A stretch of 62,235 bases of DNA, counting the filler, from Circinaria calcarea (taxonomy: Eukaryota), in the NCBI GenBank assembly GCA_051942165.1. It is 16 parts of 16 records of this genome, joined end to end, with 100 filler letters (N's around TTAATTAATTAA, not from the genome) between each part and the next. Parts side by side here need not be neighbours in the genome. Positions count along the whole stretch, not along the records: positions 23,434 to 27,233 come from JAVECS010002619.1; positions 27,334 to 31,130 come from JAVECS010002620.1; positions 31,231 to 35,026 come from JAVECS010002621.1; positions 35,127 to 38,921 come from JAVECS010002622.1; 12 more parts are not named here. One strand, written 5' to 3'. A model generated the notes under the pieces. That model had not been told where the DNA came from and made no database searches. It saw nothing but the letters and a program-made list of their open reading frames with translations. Numbering within the stretch: the stretch's first letter is position 1; each line of letters starts with the position of its first letter. Below are positions 25,084 to 37,193 of the stretch, piece by piece. The translations under genes and the position numbers were made by a program.

Positions 25084-26565
25084 ATGAAGACGAAATCAGA
25101 ACTTCCCTCGACCTTACCCGCGAAGGGCTCAGCCTCGTATAACAGAACTACTCTAAAGCCTAGGAGGATCCAGATATTTGAGAATCGAGATGTAAACGAT
25201 AAATATTCGGAACTTGATAACACCCCTACGCGGTATAATCTTGGTCCGTTTTATGTCGATTACAATGATCCGAAATTTCTGGAGCGTCTTGTGTTAATGG
25301 CCAAGTCATATGAGAATCGTGAAAATGAGGCTGAGTGGGAGTCTCAAATTTACTCAAAGATATTACGAGAACACATAACCCCGCAAGGAAAAACCAAACC
25401 TCATCTATCATCGGAACGTCAGGATCTGGATTTTATTGATATTGGACTTCAGCGAAAACTTAAACCCATAATCTCGCTAACTTCCCGGGACGGCAAAATT
25501 CTGCTTCCCCCTGAGCAAAAAGATAAACAAAAGAGTCGCCAATCGGCAAACAATTTCCCGCCACCGATAGAAGGTACTGAGAAGGAAATTCCGGAAAGCC
25601 GCCGTTCTATCATTCCGGATATGATATTTGCTCCCAGAGCATATCCATGCAGCGAGGACGCATTTATTCCCGGAAAAAGGTTCCCTGCTATTCGTAACTT
25701 TTCCGACCACAACGTGTATCCTCCATATCTTTTGGTCGAGAGCAAACCGGTCGCGGCTCAAGAAACAGAGGCTAAGCAGCCTACGGCGCTCCTAGCAGCT
25801 ATGCTTTTGCTGGAGAGGCTTAAGCTACGTGTTATGTTTAATAACATTAAATACGATGATCTCTGTATTTTTGTTATAACATGCTGCGGCCCATGCATAA
25901 AGATTTGGAAAATGTCTTTCGATAGCAAGGAGAGGGATTTGGATTGTATTATTGGTTATAAAATGCATCCAATAGGAGAATACGATATCACGGAGATATC
26001 ATTCTTAAAGGCCTTGTGCCAAAGAATCAACAATATTCATTTGTTTGGACTTACCACTTATAAGTCCAGCGTTTTGGCCGACCTTAACGCGTGTTGCAAC
26101 GACGAAGTACAATTCGATCCCGAGTACATCGATCTCCGCTCATTGCGGTTGAATAAACCAGATGCAGGGACGACGGCAGTACTAGAGATAGGTGAGGAAA
26201 TCGCCGATCCATCCGAAATCGCTTCAGATATTCCTGGAGATCCTTCGGGTGTACCGTTGGAACCGCGCCCTTTAAATCAGCAGGGTAATTCGAATAGAAA
26301 GCGAAGTCTTTCCTCGAAACCCCCCGACGATCTAAAGAAACGGCCAGGACGTCCCAGGAAAAAGCTAAAAATAAATAACGATATTGCCGGACCCCCGCAA
26401 CTCGTTTCAGATATTCCTGGAGATTTTTTAAACACGCTGTTGGAACCGCGCTCTTTGAATCAGCAGGGTAATTCGAATAAAACAGCGAGATGTTTCCTCG
26501 AACCCCCTAGACCATTCAAAGAAACGCGGGCCAGAACGTCCCAGAAAAGAGCCAAAACCGAATAA
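25084..26565 (+). CDS. Intronless hypothetical protein with a PD-(D/E)xK nuclease-like motif and a C-terminal AT-hook-containing repeat
   Basis: About 490-aa ORF; IIPDMIFA...PYLLVESKP; KRPGRPRKK. Confidence 0.55.
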   Translation: MKTKSELPSTLPAKGSASYNRTTLKPRRIQIFENRDVNDKYSELDNTPTRYNLGPFYVDYNDPKFLERLVLMAKSYENRENEAEWESQIYSKILREHITPQGKTKPHLSSERQDLDFIDIGLQRKLKPIISLTSRDGKILLPPEQKDKQKSRQSANNFPPPIEGTEKEIPESRRSIIPDMIFAPRAYPCSEDAFIPGKRFPAIRNFSDHNVYPPYLLVESKPVAAQETEAKQPTALLAAMLLLERLKLRVMFNNIKYDDLCIFVITCCGPCIKIWKMSFDSKERDLDCIIGYKMHPIGEYDITEISFLKALCQRINNIHLFGLTTYKSSVLADLNACCNDEVQFDPEYIDLRSLRLNKPDAGTTAVLEIGEEIADPSEIASDIPGDPSGVPLEPRPLNQQGNSNRKRSLSSKPPDDLKKRPGRPRKKLKINNDIAGPPQLVSDIPGDFLNTLLEPRSLNQQGNSNKTARCFLEPPRPFKETRARTSQKRAKTE

Positions 26566-26732
26566 CCTTATCGCCGGACCCCCGCAACTCGTTTCAGTAT
26601 TCCTGGAAATCCTTTGGGTACGCCGTTGGAACCGCGCTTCTCAAATCAGCAGGGTGATTCGAATAGAAAGCGAGGTCTTTCCTCGAACCCCACAGATAAT
26701 CCCAAAGAAACGCGGGCGAGGACGTCCCGGAG
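26204..26732 (+). repeat. About 185-bp tandem repeat, 3 copies
   Basis: TTCAG(A)TATTCCTGGA..TTGGAACCGCGC..AATCAGCAGGGT.ATTCGAATA recurs near 26223, 26406, 26593. Confidence 0.9.
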
Positions 26733-26990
26733 GTGCTGTCTGAAGAGATTGGTTGAAGGTTTCTTCTCGGGCTGGTACGAATTTGCGGGGTGATACAAGG
26801 TGTTGGAAGTGCATAGGGCTTACCGAGTCACGTGGTGGCTACCGGAAACACAGCGGTCCATGCTCAATATTCCTCACACCTTCAAAAGCACTTTTTACTT
26901 GGTAGATAGCTTAGTTACACACACGAGTAGCAATGCAATACTGGACACTGCTCATCACAAGGTTCATCCACATTCTTCCCGGTATAGCTA

Positions 26991-27090
26991 GAACCTTTTC
27001 CAATCTTCTCAGTATTACGAGAACCTTCTAATCTTTTCTCAATATATCTAGAATCCTCTCCTATCTTCTCGATATATCTCGAACCTTCTA
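26991..27090. repeat. Degenerate 30-bp minisatellite, about 3.3 copies
   Basis: GAACCTT....ATCTT.TC....TAT... units starting at 26991, 27021, 27051, 27081. Confidence 0.7.
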
Positions 27091-27333
27091 CTCCGGAGTA
27101 AACTCCCGGAAGTCCCATGGCTCTTGGGGGCCGCGGATGTCGGTGACTCTATTAATTACAATATTTACTAATCTCACTCCTTTAATCTTAATACTCGCAT
27201 TTACCAGATAACGTGCTTTTATATATACTTTTANNNNNNNNNNNNNNNNNNNNNNNNNNNNNNNNNNNNNNNNNNNNTTAATTAATTAANNNNNNNNNNN
27301 NNNNNNNNNNNNNNNNNNNNNNNNNNNNNNNNN

Positions 27334-28965
27334 TCCCCGCCCTGCGGCTCCCCCGCCTGCACCCTCCGACACGCCTCCCTAAAGATGCTCACAAACTCCC
27401 ACACCTCGGCGTAGGTATTATACAACGGCACCGGCGCCACTCGGATCACATCCGGTTTCCGCTCATCCACCACCACGCCCTGCCGTTCCAATTCCGCCAT
27501 GACGCCGTCCAAGAGGCCCGGGTCGAGGAGGACGCTGAGTTGTGCTCCTCGTTCGGCCGGGTTGGAGGGCGTGATGATGCGGTAGGGATTGCGCGGGGAA
27601 GCAGTGTCGCTGGGAGGTTGGAGGAGGAGTTGTTCGAGGTAGGCGGTGAGTCTGATGGATTTGGTGCGAAGAGCCGTCATGCTTGTGGCGTGGAAGATCT
27701 CGAGGGAGGCGAGGACGGCGCTGAGGGCTAGGGCGGAGGGATTGCCAACTTGGAAGCCGGCTGCGCCGGGGATGGGGACGAAGTCTGTGGGTGGGTCAAT
27801 GATTGATACTCGAAAGAAGAACATCCACGACCAATGGAAAGCTACTTACGGTTGCCCATGTTGAATCTTGTAGCTTTGTCATTGCCCCACCATCCACTCA
27901 GTCTTGGACGGAAACCATTTTCGCCGTTCGCTTTGGCTTCTGTATCCACTTTACCATGTTTCTCATGGACGAACAGTGTTGCAATTGCTCCTGGTCCGGA
28001 ATTGACGTATTTGTAGTTACACCAAGCTGCAAAATCGACATCCCAATCATGTAACTGGACATCGACATTGCCGACCGCGTGAGCAAGATCCCAGCCGATG
28101 AGAATGCCTTTAGAATGGGCGTATGCTGTAATTGTCTTGATATCCAGGTATTGACCGGTGTAATACTGGATACCAGGTAAGAGGATCAAAGCAGTGGACG
28201 AAGCGTGTGTATCGATGACAGAACATGTATGCGACGTGGAGATGGTCGATGAATCTGGTTCTGAGGGTTCTATCAATACCATGGCATCCTTGGGATCGAT
28301 GCCATGATGTAGGATCTGAGATTCTACTGCGTACTGTAGGAGCATGAGTAAGATCAGGTTGAATCTTCATTAGATAGTCAAGGAAAAGCTCATACATGAT
28401 CGCTAGGAAATGCTTTTCCCTCGAGAATAATCTTGTATTTCTCCTTTGTTGGCCGATAGAAGCTGGACATCAAGAGATGTAAGTTTGCGGTAAGCGTCTC
28501 CATGACCGCAACTTCGCTCCGCTTGGCACCCACAATAGGTGCCATGTGCTCGGCCGCAACATCATCGACGTGTAGGAAACTCGGGAGAGGAGCATCCTCA
28601 TGCTTTGTCCAATGACCGAGGACCCCTTTAGTCGCCCAGGCTGAGAGATGGGAGGTTACACGTTCTGCAGTACGGCGAGGCTGTAAGCCTAGAGAGTTCC
28701 CACACAGATAGATACTTGGTTCTTCAGCCGCATCGTCGTTTTGTGCTGACCACGAATGACAGTATTAGATAGAGATATTACAAGACCATGGAAGAAGCTT
28801 ACAAGTCTTGGCCAAGGTGGTACGCTTAAGGTCTCCCTTGGTAGGAATAACAAACTCCGCTCGCATATGCCTCAATGGGTCTTCTTTATCCAAAGCTTCC
28901 GCATGTTCACGCATCAGACCTTTCAACTCTTCTTTAAGATGTGTAGGTAAAGTATTGCTCATCAT
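27334..28965 (-). CDS. BNA5: Kynureninase, multi-exon, extreme 3' end truncated
   Basis: [44 protein letters not shown] (PLP lysine), [18 protein letters not shown]. Confidence 0.95.
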
Positions 28966-29066
28966 ATAAGGAGTTAGGTAAAGTGAAATGACTTGTCTTA
29001 CTGTTTAAGGTTCCAGCAATCTCGAGTATGATTGTAGGGAAGACTAACTAATGGACGGAAATGATC

Positions 29067-29189
29067 GGTTATATGAAGTATAGGTTATGTGAAGTAAAGG
29101 TGTATAGGTTATATGAAGTCAAAGGTATGGGTTATATGAAGCAGAAGTGTATAGGTTATATGAACTACAAATTTACAGGCTATATGAAG
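29067..29189. repeat. Six copies of GGTTATATGAAG-like motif, mostly 23-24 bp apart, in the divergent BNA5/ISA2 intergenic region
   Basis: GGTTATATGAAG, GGTTATGTGAAG, GGTTATATGAAG x2, GGTTATATGAAC, GGCTATATGAAG. Confidence 0.85.
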
Positions 29190-29549
29190 GAGAAGCGTAC
29201 AACCAAGGAATTAGTATATCAACTGTACGCTTGAGTAGTGCGAGAATATAATAAGAGTATAAATGATTTTCAATTTGAATAATTCTACTAGAAAATCTGA
29301 ATGGCAACATGGGAAGGTAACCAGGTTACAGAACGAAGTCCCTGATGCCCATTTCAATGTCTGCTCTAAAGGGTCTACGAGATCTAAAAGTTATCAATTT
29401 AAAATGAATGACGAAATGCTACCACACGTGCAAAGCGGACAGCTTAATGTGTGCACTAGCTTACTTTGTAGGAAATTTATCTTTATAGTTATTTCTTTAA
29501 CCTTTGACATTGCCGGCATCAGAATTCTGTACCAGGCGCAGCAGTGATC

Positions 29550-30305
29550 ATGAAACCTCCCAGCCAGCATAGTCTTCTAAAAGCCTCGAAGGCTGTAGGA
29601 TGCCATTTAAAAAAGATTCGCCCACTCTTGGTCTCAGCACGGAGTCTTACAACGTCCCGCCACCACGGATCTGAAGCAACATTGCCCGACTATCTGGTTC
29701 CCTCCTTCCACCCTTGGAGGAGGCTTCATTCAGCATTTATTAGGTCCCCTAGCTTACCGGCATGCAACAAACCATCCATGTCACCTACCGCCAACCCGAG
29801 CAGACGGCAGAACCTATCCACGTCCAGAATCCTGCAGGCTGTAACTGTTACCGCCAATCCCCGCAAAGATGACAATGGCAACGAGATGCTCATTGATATA
29901 ACCCCTCGGGCTTCCAAAGTAAGCCTGTCGACCACCCCCGGCCTCTACGCAACGGTTCCACTAACATAACCCTTTCCCCCCCAGCGCCTCCGTGAGATCA
30001 TGTCGCAAGATTCCAATCGAACCCTAGCCCTACGTGTCACCGTCCAATCCGGCGGCTGCCACGGCTTCCAATATCTCATGTCCTTGACCAACTCCTCCGC
30101 CATCTCCGCCACCGAGGATACCGTGTTTGAAGCCAGCGACGGAACTGGCGCCAAAGTGGTCATGGACGAGCCGAGTTTGGAACTCCTCAAGGGAAGCAGT
30201 ATCGACTATACGATGGAGCTGATCGGCAGCCAATTTAAGATCGTGGGCAATCCGGCCGCAACGAGTAGTTGCGGATGCGGCACGAGCTTCGATATCAAAA
30301 TGTGA
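29550..30305 (+). CDS. ISA2: Mitochondrial iron-sulfur cluster assembly protein (HesB/IscA family); exons 29550-29918, 29985-30305
   Basis: LRVTVQSGGCHGFQY, ELIGSQF, SSCGCGTSF; basic Ser/Arg-rich presequence. Confidence 0.93.
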
Positions 30306-31230
30306 ATGTTTTTATGTGGGGTCTTGTTTCCATGTAGGATGAGCGATCGGGCCATATGAGGATCGTGGTGAAGCAAAGGGGCGATATGGCATGTCGGTCG
30401 GAATAGGAGCTTGATACTTCAGGGCGTCATGCGGATTACCCCTTGTATCAGGACGTGATAGCAGATCCAGCGACCCTCACAGATCCGAATAAATCACGAC
30501 GGATTACCAGCTCGCCAGCCCTTGTTCCACCTCCTTTTCTGGGCTACTTCGAACCAAACCCTCCCCACACAAGAAGAAAGGGGTATTCTAGGAAACGAAA
30601 AGTTTCGCAGAAACGAAAAAGGTATAGTCTACACAGACCCCCCTTTGCCTCCCGATCCAGCAGAAGCTGAATCCCAGTGCAGCGTATGTGATAGCGGCAG
30701 TATACCCCCGCTGAAGCAATCCCGACCAGCAATCCCGACCAGCAATCCCGGGAAGGGAAGTGGGAAGTTGGGAAGAATGAGTTCCACAGTAACTCGGGAT
30801 CACACACTGCTAAAGCTACATATTCCACAAGTGCATGCTAGTCATCTCCAGAATAGAAGAATCCAACCCACGATTACTCTCCCTCTATTATACCTCCAAC
30901 AATCAAATGTGAAAGCAAAGACCTCTCATCCTATCCTTCCAGGTTCCAGGTTCCAGGTTGCTAATGGAATCGTACAGTACTTCCATGGTACCTCACGTAA
31001 CAAGGTTAAGATCGGATCGAGGCCCGGGTCTCGTACGGTTTGGTTTGGGTTCCCCTTTGAGCAAAAGCAAAAACACCTTATAACCATAGCCATAACCATA
31101 ACCTAATTTTACCCCTACCCCTACCCCTACNNNNNNNNNNNNNNNNNNNNNNNNNNNNNNNNNNNNNNNNNNNNTTAATTAATTAANNNNNNNNNNNNNN
31201 NNNNNNNNNNNNNNNNNNNNNNNNNNNNNN

Positions 31231-32301
31231 CTCCAAAAAGTCGCTGGGTTGCAGAGTCGCTTGAAGCAACTGAGCAGCTTCAGCACTGGTTTGACAACAC
31301 TCGACTGAGTGACGCTAGGCAAAAGCGTCTTGGGATTACAGTGCTTGATCAGCTGCAGCTGCAGCGGGTATTTACTGAGGATGAAAGTGTTATCTTGACG
31401 GACGAAAACACGGGAAAGCCGTTTGGTGCGGTTATCCGGGAGTATATGGGAAACGACGATGTGTTACAGCACATGGACTCAGTCATGGCAACTCAACTCG
31501 AAATAGGACGGAATATAAGGGTACTTTTCTTCCTACACTGGTTATCTTCACGCTGCTGACATATCCTAGAAAGATGACAGGGGCAAGATGGTTCTTTTTG
31601 GCTACACATGCGGCGAGCGCAAGAGCCCTTCCTTTATGTGGGCCAGAAATATACCTACGATAACTCACAGCCAGCGATTCCTGAGCACCCAGATGCATGG
31701 CATTACGTCATACAGCTCGCTACTAACAGCCATCCATCAGAAGAAGCTAGATCCATCAATCTTGGCAGAAGCAGAAGCCAGCTGGGAAGGATTACCTCGC
31801 CTTGGCTGGAATTCGCTAGAGAGCTCAGCAGAGCCAACGATTTCAGTTAAAACACGGAATCAAGATCATGAGTTTACTAATTTGCCTTTGGGACCTCCTA
31901 GTGGCGTATGTGCGAACCTATATGAGAAGTACGGCTCCTGTTCATTTACACATATATCTTCATGGGCTGATTGAAATAGATATTCCCACTATGAAAGGGG
32001 TGATCGTGACGCATGGGTCTTCTCCTTGACCACAAATTTCAACGGTGATGCGGATCATGGGGGAACGTTTTACTACGCAGATTATGGAGTGATGGTGCGC
32101 AACGCTCGGAATACTTTGATTGCCCATAAGTCGTCCAATCTCCATGGCACTACTGTACACGAGTTCAATCCGAGAAACCCGGATCTCGTTCACCGTGGAA
32201 TGAGCCAGACAACCTCTGGACGCCTGCGTGGTGCTTATGAGAAATTCGTGGCTGGGCAAAGCGTTGATACTGAGCCGATTAGTGGAGATGAAGAGGAATA
32301 G
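31231..32301 (+). CDS. Putative 2OG-Fe(II) dioxygenase-fold protein (TET/JBP-like motif layout), 5'-truncated; introns about 31521-31569 and 31929-31979
   Basis: Spliced product has YSHYE...WVFSLTT..GGTFYYADYGVMV..NTLIAH..NLHGTT: HxE, GGxF and distal HGT. Confidence 0.55.
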
Positions 32302-32515
32302 GTCGGTGAAGATGCTGAATCGGTAAAATCTCTGCACATAGGGGACCTAGCAGGAAGTATAACCTCTTTACTTTATACTCAATATTCACTGCAGACCTAA
32401 CCAGTTGCAACATGAATACGCAGCACAACGGTGTCAAAAGGAAGCGGAACGTCTCGGATACCTCTTGAGTTGCGGATAAAAGTCTAAGAGGCGGGGAAAC
32501 TGCTAATGATAGTAG

Positions 32516-32864
32516 GTATTGTCACGGTGAGAGTTGTGCCGATTGCCCGTGAGTTATCTCATTGACTACCAATTTCAATGGAGACGCACAACATGGGGGA
32601 GCCTTCTTCTTCGCGGGACATGGAGTGCTGGTCCGTAACGCTCCGAACACCTTGATCACGTACCGAGCCTGCGACCTTCATGGAACTACCGTCCATGAAT
32701 TTGATCCGCACAACCCGGATCTGGTTCATCGTGGGTACAGCTTGGCGATTCCTGGCAACCTGTCCAAGGTTTACCGCCAATCTACGGCAGAGGGAGGATG
32801 CAACACCGAGTTATTTGGAGAGGAGAGCTATGCAGCATCGTCAGGAGAAGAATCTTTGGCTTGA
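32516..32864 (+). pseudogene. Tandem duplicate of the catalytic last exon of the preceding gene, with TGA at the conserved Trp (32550-32552)
   Basis: GCTAAT..TAG acceptor in same phase; YCHGESCADCP*VISLTTNFNGDAQHGGAFFFAGHGVLVRNAPNTLITYRACDLHGTTVHEFDPHNPDLVHRG. Confidence 0.75.
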
Positions 32865-34102
32865 GAAAGTAATTGTTGATGGGAACGTCTGGGAGGATGA
32901 ATCAGTGGGAAGTCACCGAATGTTAGATATATTAAATCGCGATGACGATCTAACTTCTCTTCAACTTAATAGCAGCACTCTAGTATATAAATGTAAACTT
33001 ACATGCGATTATCACACCCTGTCCATCTCGCGCTCTGGATTGAAGTATGATGGTTTATTGAGCGGTCTCTGGATAGCCATACAAGCTCAGGCATAGCATG
33101 TGAAGTTTGTTTTGTTTCCTGGTAACCTTACTCTGAATCTTTGCTACCAGTTCTCGAAAATGAATTAGGGCTTGTAGCTAGTCAAACACGTGAGTTCGCT
33201 TAAGTGACCATCAGCCTGAATCGCGACCCACGAAAAAGCTGCAATTCACAAGGTATGATTAGCCGAGTAGGCTTGGCACCAATTATAGAACAGAATATAC
33301 CAAACATGCGCAATTCAATCTGCCAAGAAACACCGTGAGGTAGTCCTAGGGAATAGTAGATAGTGCTTTGAAACATCCTAGCCGCACACTGTACCAAATC
33401 CTTCGCTACACTACGTCAATTAGTAAAGGCGGTTCTCCAGCTAAAGGGGAGAGGCGCAGGGTTGGAGGTAAGCCTGGCGTTAGCGATGACTGATTACAGC
33501 TGCCACCGTTAAGTCTTTGCCGCCAACCAACTTCAATAATCACGGCGCCCCTCACGCGCATCGTCAGAATGTATATAGACCCGATGGAATTGATTGGTGG
33601 TGGGATTATATGTCGACTCTTCGTTAGGGTGGCTGTGGATTGACTGGCCGAGCCCGAAACTTGCCGCCATCTTTGTTGTTTACTCGCACACACTTTAATA
33701 CAAGCTAGACTGTGTGTATATGAGCTTTGAACACAGTTCTCAGTAGTCTATACACTTCTCCTACCTTTCCTGCCTTGTTGTGCCAAACCTCTCAGCCTAT
33801 TTCTGTTGAAAACAGTTCCTCGATTTGTAAAGTCTCAGTAAGCAAGCTGCTTACTGGTATGTGATGGAACAACAAAGCCTTGTCGCCGCTACACGAGACT
33901 AGGACATGGAGCGGCAAAGGAGCTTCATGGCCGCCTCTAAAGCCAGGCTTCAGCAATGGGCCGAGAATGGAATGTTCACAAAAGGTCAGCTAATTTTCTA
34001 CGGTGCTATACGCATGTCGAGGCTGGTTCATATCACACTAGTCGGCGAGCGTGGCATTCTGTCTTATTTATACCGTCACTGATATCGGAAACAGAGCGTA
34101 TC

Positions 34103-35026
34103 ATGGAGAGATTAACCGTTTGCGCCCAAACGCACTGCTCGGATGACGAGCTCGATTATTTCCGAACTACTTTTGAATCACGCTGCCTAGGCTCTTCCAT
34201 TAAATGCAAGTATATGTCTTTCTGTCGTCTTGTCTCATGTCCAGCCCGTTATGTTAGTTTGTTTTAGCTGGGAGCTTATTTATCCGGTCTTCTAGACTGG
34301 GACGAAGCTATTTTCACTGCCTTCCTTGCTCAGCAATATCCTCCATGTTTCCCCCCGTTCCAGGAAGCGGCCCCCGCTTTATTCCGCTCAATAAGCTACT
34401 CCTCTGGCCTTCCATTTACCACCAGTGCCAGCCTAAGACTTACAGCCGAAACCCTTCTTCGCGCCGTGACAATTCATATTCCCAAGAAAAACCCAATGAG
34501 CCATGGCCGAAAAGTAGACGACTGGCTTATATCTCGTAAGTGGGACATATCCGACTATCGACGTCTCCTATTCCGTAGCCTTGCAAACCCAGTATCCACC
34601 TTCCTTTCTCCACCAAGTCATCCGCCAATCACAGACCTTGACCCAAACCCAGAGGGCGACAGTGAGGATTTCTACCTTGATGTCAGTGGCGAGGAACCAG
34701 GGATGACGGACCTCCTGGACGCACTCTCCGGAACGCATCCCAGACAGGGAGGGAGGCATGCAGTATTTCCTCGCGCGTTTTACCAGTCAATAGGCCAAAT
34801 TCTGCCTCAAACGCGACCCTCGCTGGACCAAATGCGGCTCTCCCGGGAAAAATGGTTTGCCATCATCAAATTAGCGCTAACCATAAAGCTCGGACTTGGG
34901 CCCAGCCCGCATACGGATCGGTTCCTCGGGCATCTTTCGGAACTAAACACCAGTGCAACGTGCATCCTCCAAGCGTTCGTTGATGCAGACGAAGAGGGTT
35001 TGAGCTGGGATAATTGGGAATGGGTT
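34103..35026 (+). CDS. Hypothetical fungal protein, start uncertain, 3'-truncated
   Basis: Exon near 34103-34209, intron, then open frame WDEAIFTAFL..PALFRSI..RLLFRSLA to the contig end. Confidence 0.5.
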
Positions 35027-35426
35027 NNNNNNNNNNNNNNNNNNNNNNNNNNNNNNNNNNNNNNNNNNNNTTAATTAATTAANNNNNNNNNNNNNNNNNN
35101 NNNNNNNNNNNNNNNNNNNNNNNNNNAGCTCCTTCCCTCCTTTGCCTTCTTCCGCGACCGAGTAGCCATGTCTCGCCTGTATAGTCGCCGAACTTGCAGC
35201 ACAATATCGCCGCCTCGGTCCTTCCCGACCATCGAGCTTCCTTTTCCATTCTCCCTACTGCATGTCGGACATGATCCCATCGGAATGGCTAGCTTATCGC
35301 TCGGTCAATAGACGAAGGAGCAAGGGAGGCGAGGGTACATAAGAACGTTGATGCCCACGATGATACCCATCATCTTCGGGGATTCCATTCTTTTGAAAAG
35401 AAGCAAGTCATCTAGACATCATCAAT

Positions 35427-37193
35427 ATGAAAATACCACTTTTTTTGGCTGGCCTTGCAGCTTTGGCTGGTACAGTCCTTACTCTCCCAGGACCGGCAGC
35501 ACCTGGTGCTCTTCCTCTCGTTCGATCGGTCAGTTCAGAATGATCCGACAAGTATATTAGACCTAACGGAGACATTCAGAATCAACTCCGTAGGGTGCTT
35601 CTCCGGTCTAATCTTTTGGCCAAAGCAAACGTCTTGCAAGGTTTTGCAGATGCCACCCCCGAGAAGAACCGGCTCGTAGGGGGTGCAGGGCATATAGCTA
35701 CAGTCGACTATCTATACGACACCTTGGCAGCCCTCGACTACTACGACGTCCAGCGCCAGGAGTTCACAGTGCTGATCTCCGAAGGCAGTGCCAATTTCAC
35801 TGTCGGTGGTAAATCACAAGGAGCGCAACTGATGACTTTCTCAACGTCAGGTGCTGTGTCAAAGGAGCTGGTTCCGGTCTCGAACCTTGGTTGCAATGCG
35901 GTATGTCTGCTTTTACGGTATAACTTCAAACTGCTGAAACCTAGGCTAATGTGAACCAGACTGACTACCCCGCTGCAGTAGCTGGAAAAATCGCTCTAAT
36001 TTCACGGGGAACATGCCCATTCGGTCAAAAATCTGCTCTTGCAGGTGGTGCTGGCGCTGCTGGCGCCGTGATCTATAATAACGTTGAAGGTGCCACGCTG
36101 TCAGGAACCCTGGGAGCGCCTCCACGGCCTGAAGGACCCTATGTTCCCACGGTTGGGATATCACTCGCAAACGGGACTGCACTGCTCACGGCCATCACCG
36201 CTAACCAGACAATCATTGGAGATTTGAGTGTTCGGACGACTACCGAGAACCGTACCACGTCAGCTTCCCATTTGGGCTTTACCAAAGGTGACTGCTAACG
36301 GGGCCTAGTCATAATGTTATTGCGGAAACGAAGGGTGGGGATCACAATAACGTGTATCAGCTTGGTGGTCACACCGATTCTGTCGCAGCCGGTAGGTCTT
36401 TTGATTCCCTATGTTGTCTTGATGCTAATTGGAAGGAAAGGTCCGGGCATCAATGATGACGGCTCTGGCATACTTGCTCTACTCGAAATCGCTATCCAGC
36501 TTACTAAGTTCAGCGTGAACAATGCCATTCGCTTTTCGTTCTGGGCCGCGGAAGAAATAGGTCTTTTGGGATCGAATTACTACGTGTCGCAGCTCTCGGC
36601 CGAGGAAATCGCCAAAATCCGTATCTATCTCAACTTCGACATGATAGCATCCCCGAATTATATCTACGCTGTCTACGACGGCGATGGGTCCGCGTTCAAC
36701 GTGTCTGGTCCTCCGGGATCGGCCCAGGGCGAGAATCTACTGGTCACCTATCTGAATTCGGTTGGCTTGAAGACAGTACCTACCAAGTTCGACGGTAGGA
36801 GCGACTATCAAGCCTTCATCAATGCTGGAATGCCAAGTAGTGGATTGTTTACGGGAGCGGAAGGAATCAAGACTGTCGAGGAACAAGCCTTGTTCGCCGG
36901 GCAGGCGGGCGTGGCTTATGATGTCAACTATCACGGCGCCGGAGATACTGTGAAGAATCTCAATATGGATGCTTGGATTCAGAATAGCAAGGTAGGTGAC
37001 GTTGCGCGGGGAACTTTCTGAGTGTTGCTAAAGTGCCCGACAGGCCATTGCCCACTCGGTGGCCACATACGGAGTCAGCTTCGATTCCCTGCCACCCAAG
37101 ACTTCACCCAGGGTCAGATCCTTGGAGCGGGCGTTACCGAAGAGAATTCACCGGCATAGTGCCTGTGGTGGGGAGGAGGTGTATGCTGTATAA
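35427..37193 (+). CDS. Secreted M28 aminopeptidase with PA domain (aminopeptidase Y / LAP2-like), multi-exon
   Basis: Signal peptide; IALISRGTCPFGQK, GGHTDSV, GPGINDDGSG, WAAEEIGLLGS, YLNFDMIASPN, FDGRSDY, NYH. Confidence 0.93.

Noticed and set aside
29067..29189. CRISPR-like repeat-spacer appearance
   Set aside because: Repeats 12 bp and spacers 4-12 bp are far too short, spacers are related to each other, the host is eukaryotic and there are no cas genes
31083..31130. (CCCCTA)n and (ACCATA)n at contig end as a telomere
   Set aside because: Not TTAGGG, only a few copies, and the C-rich strand is at the 3' end, the wrong orientation; treated as microsatellite
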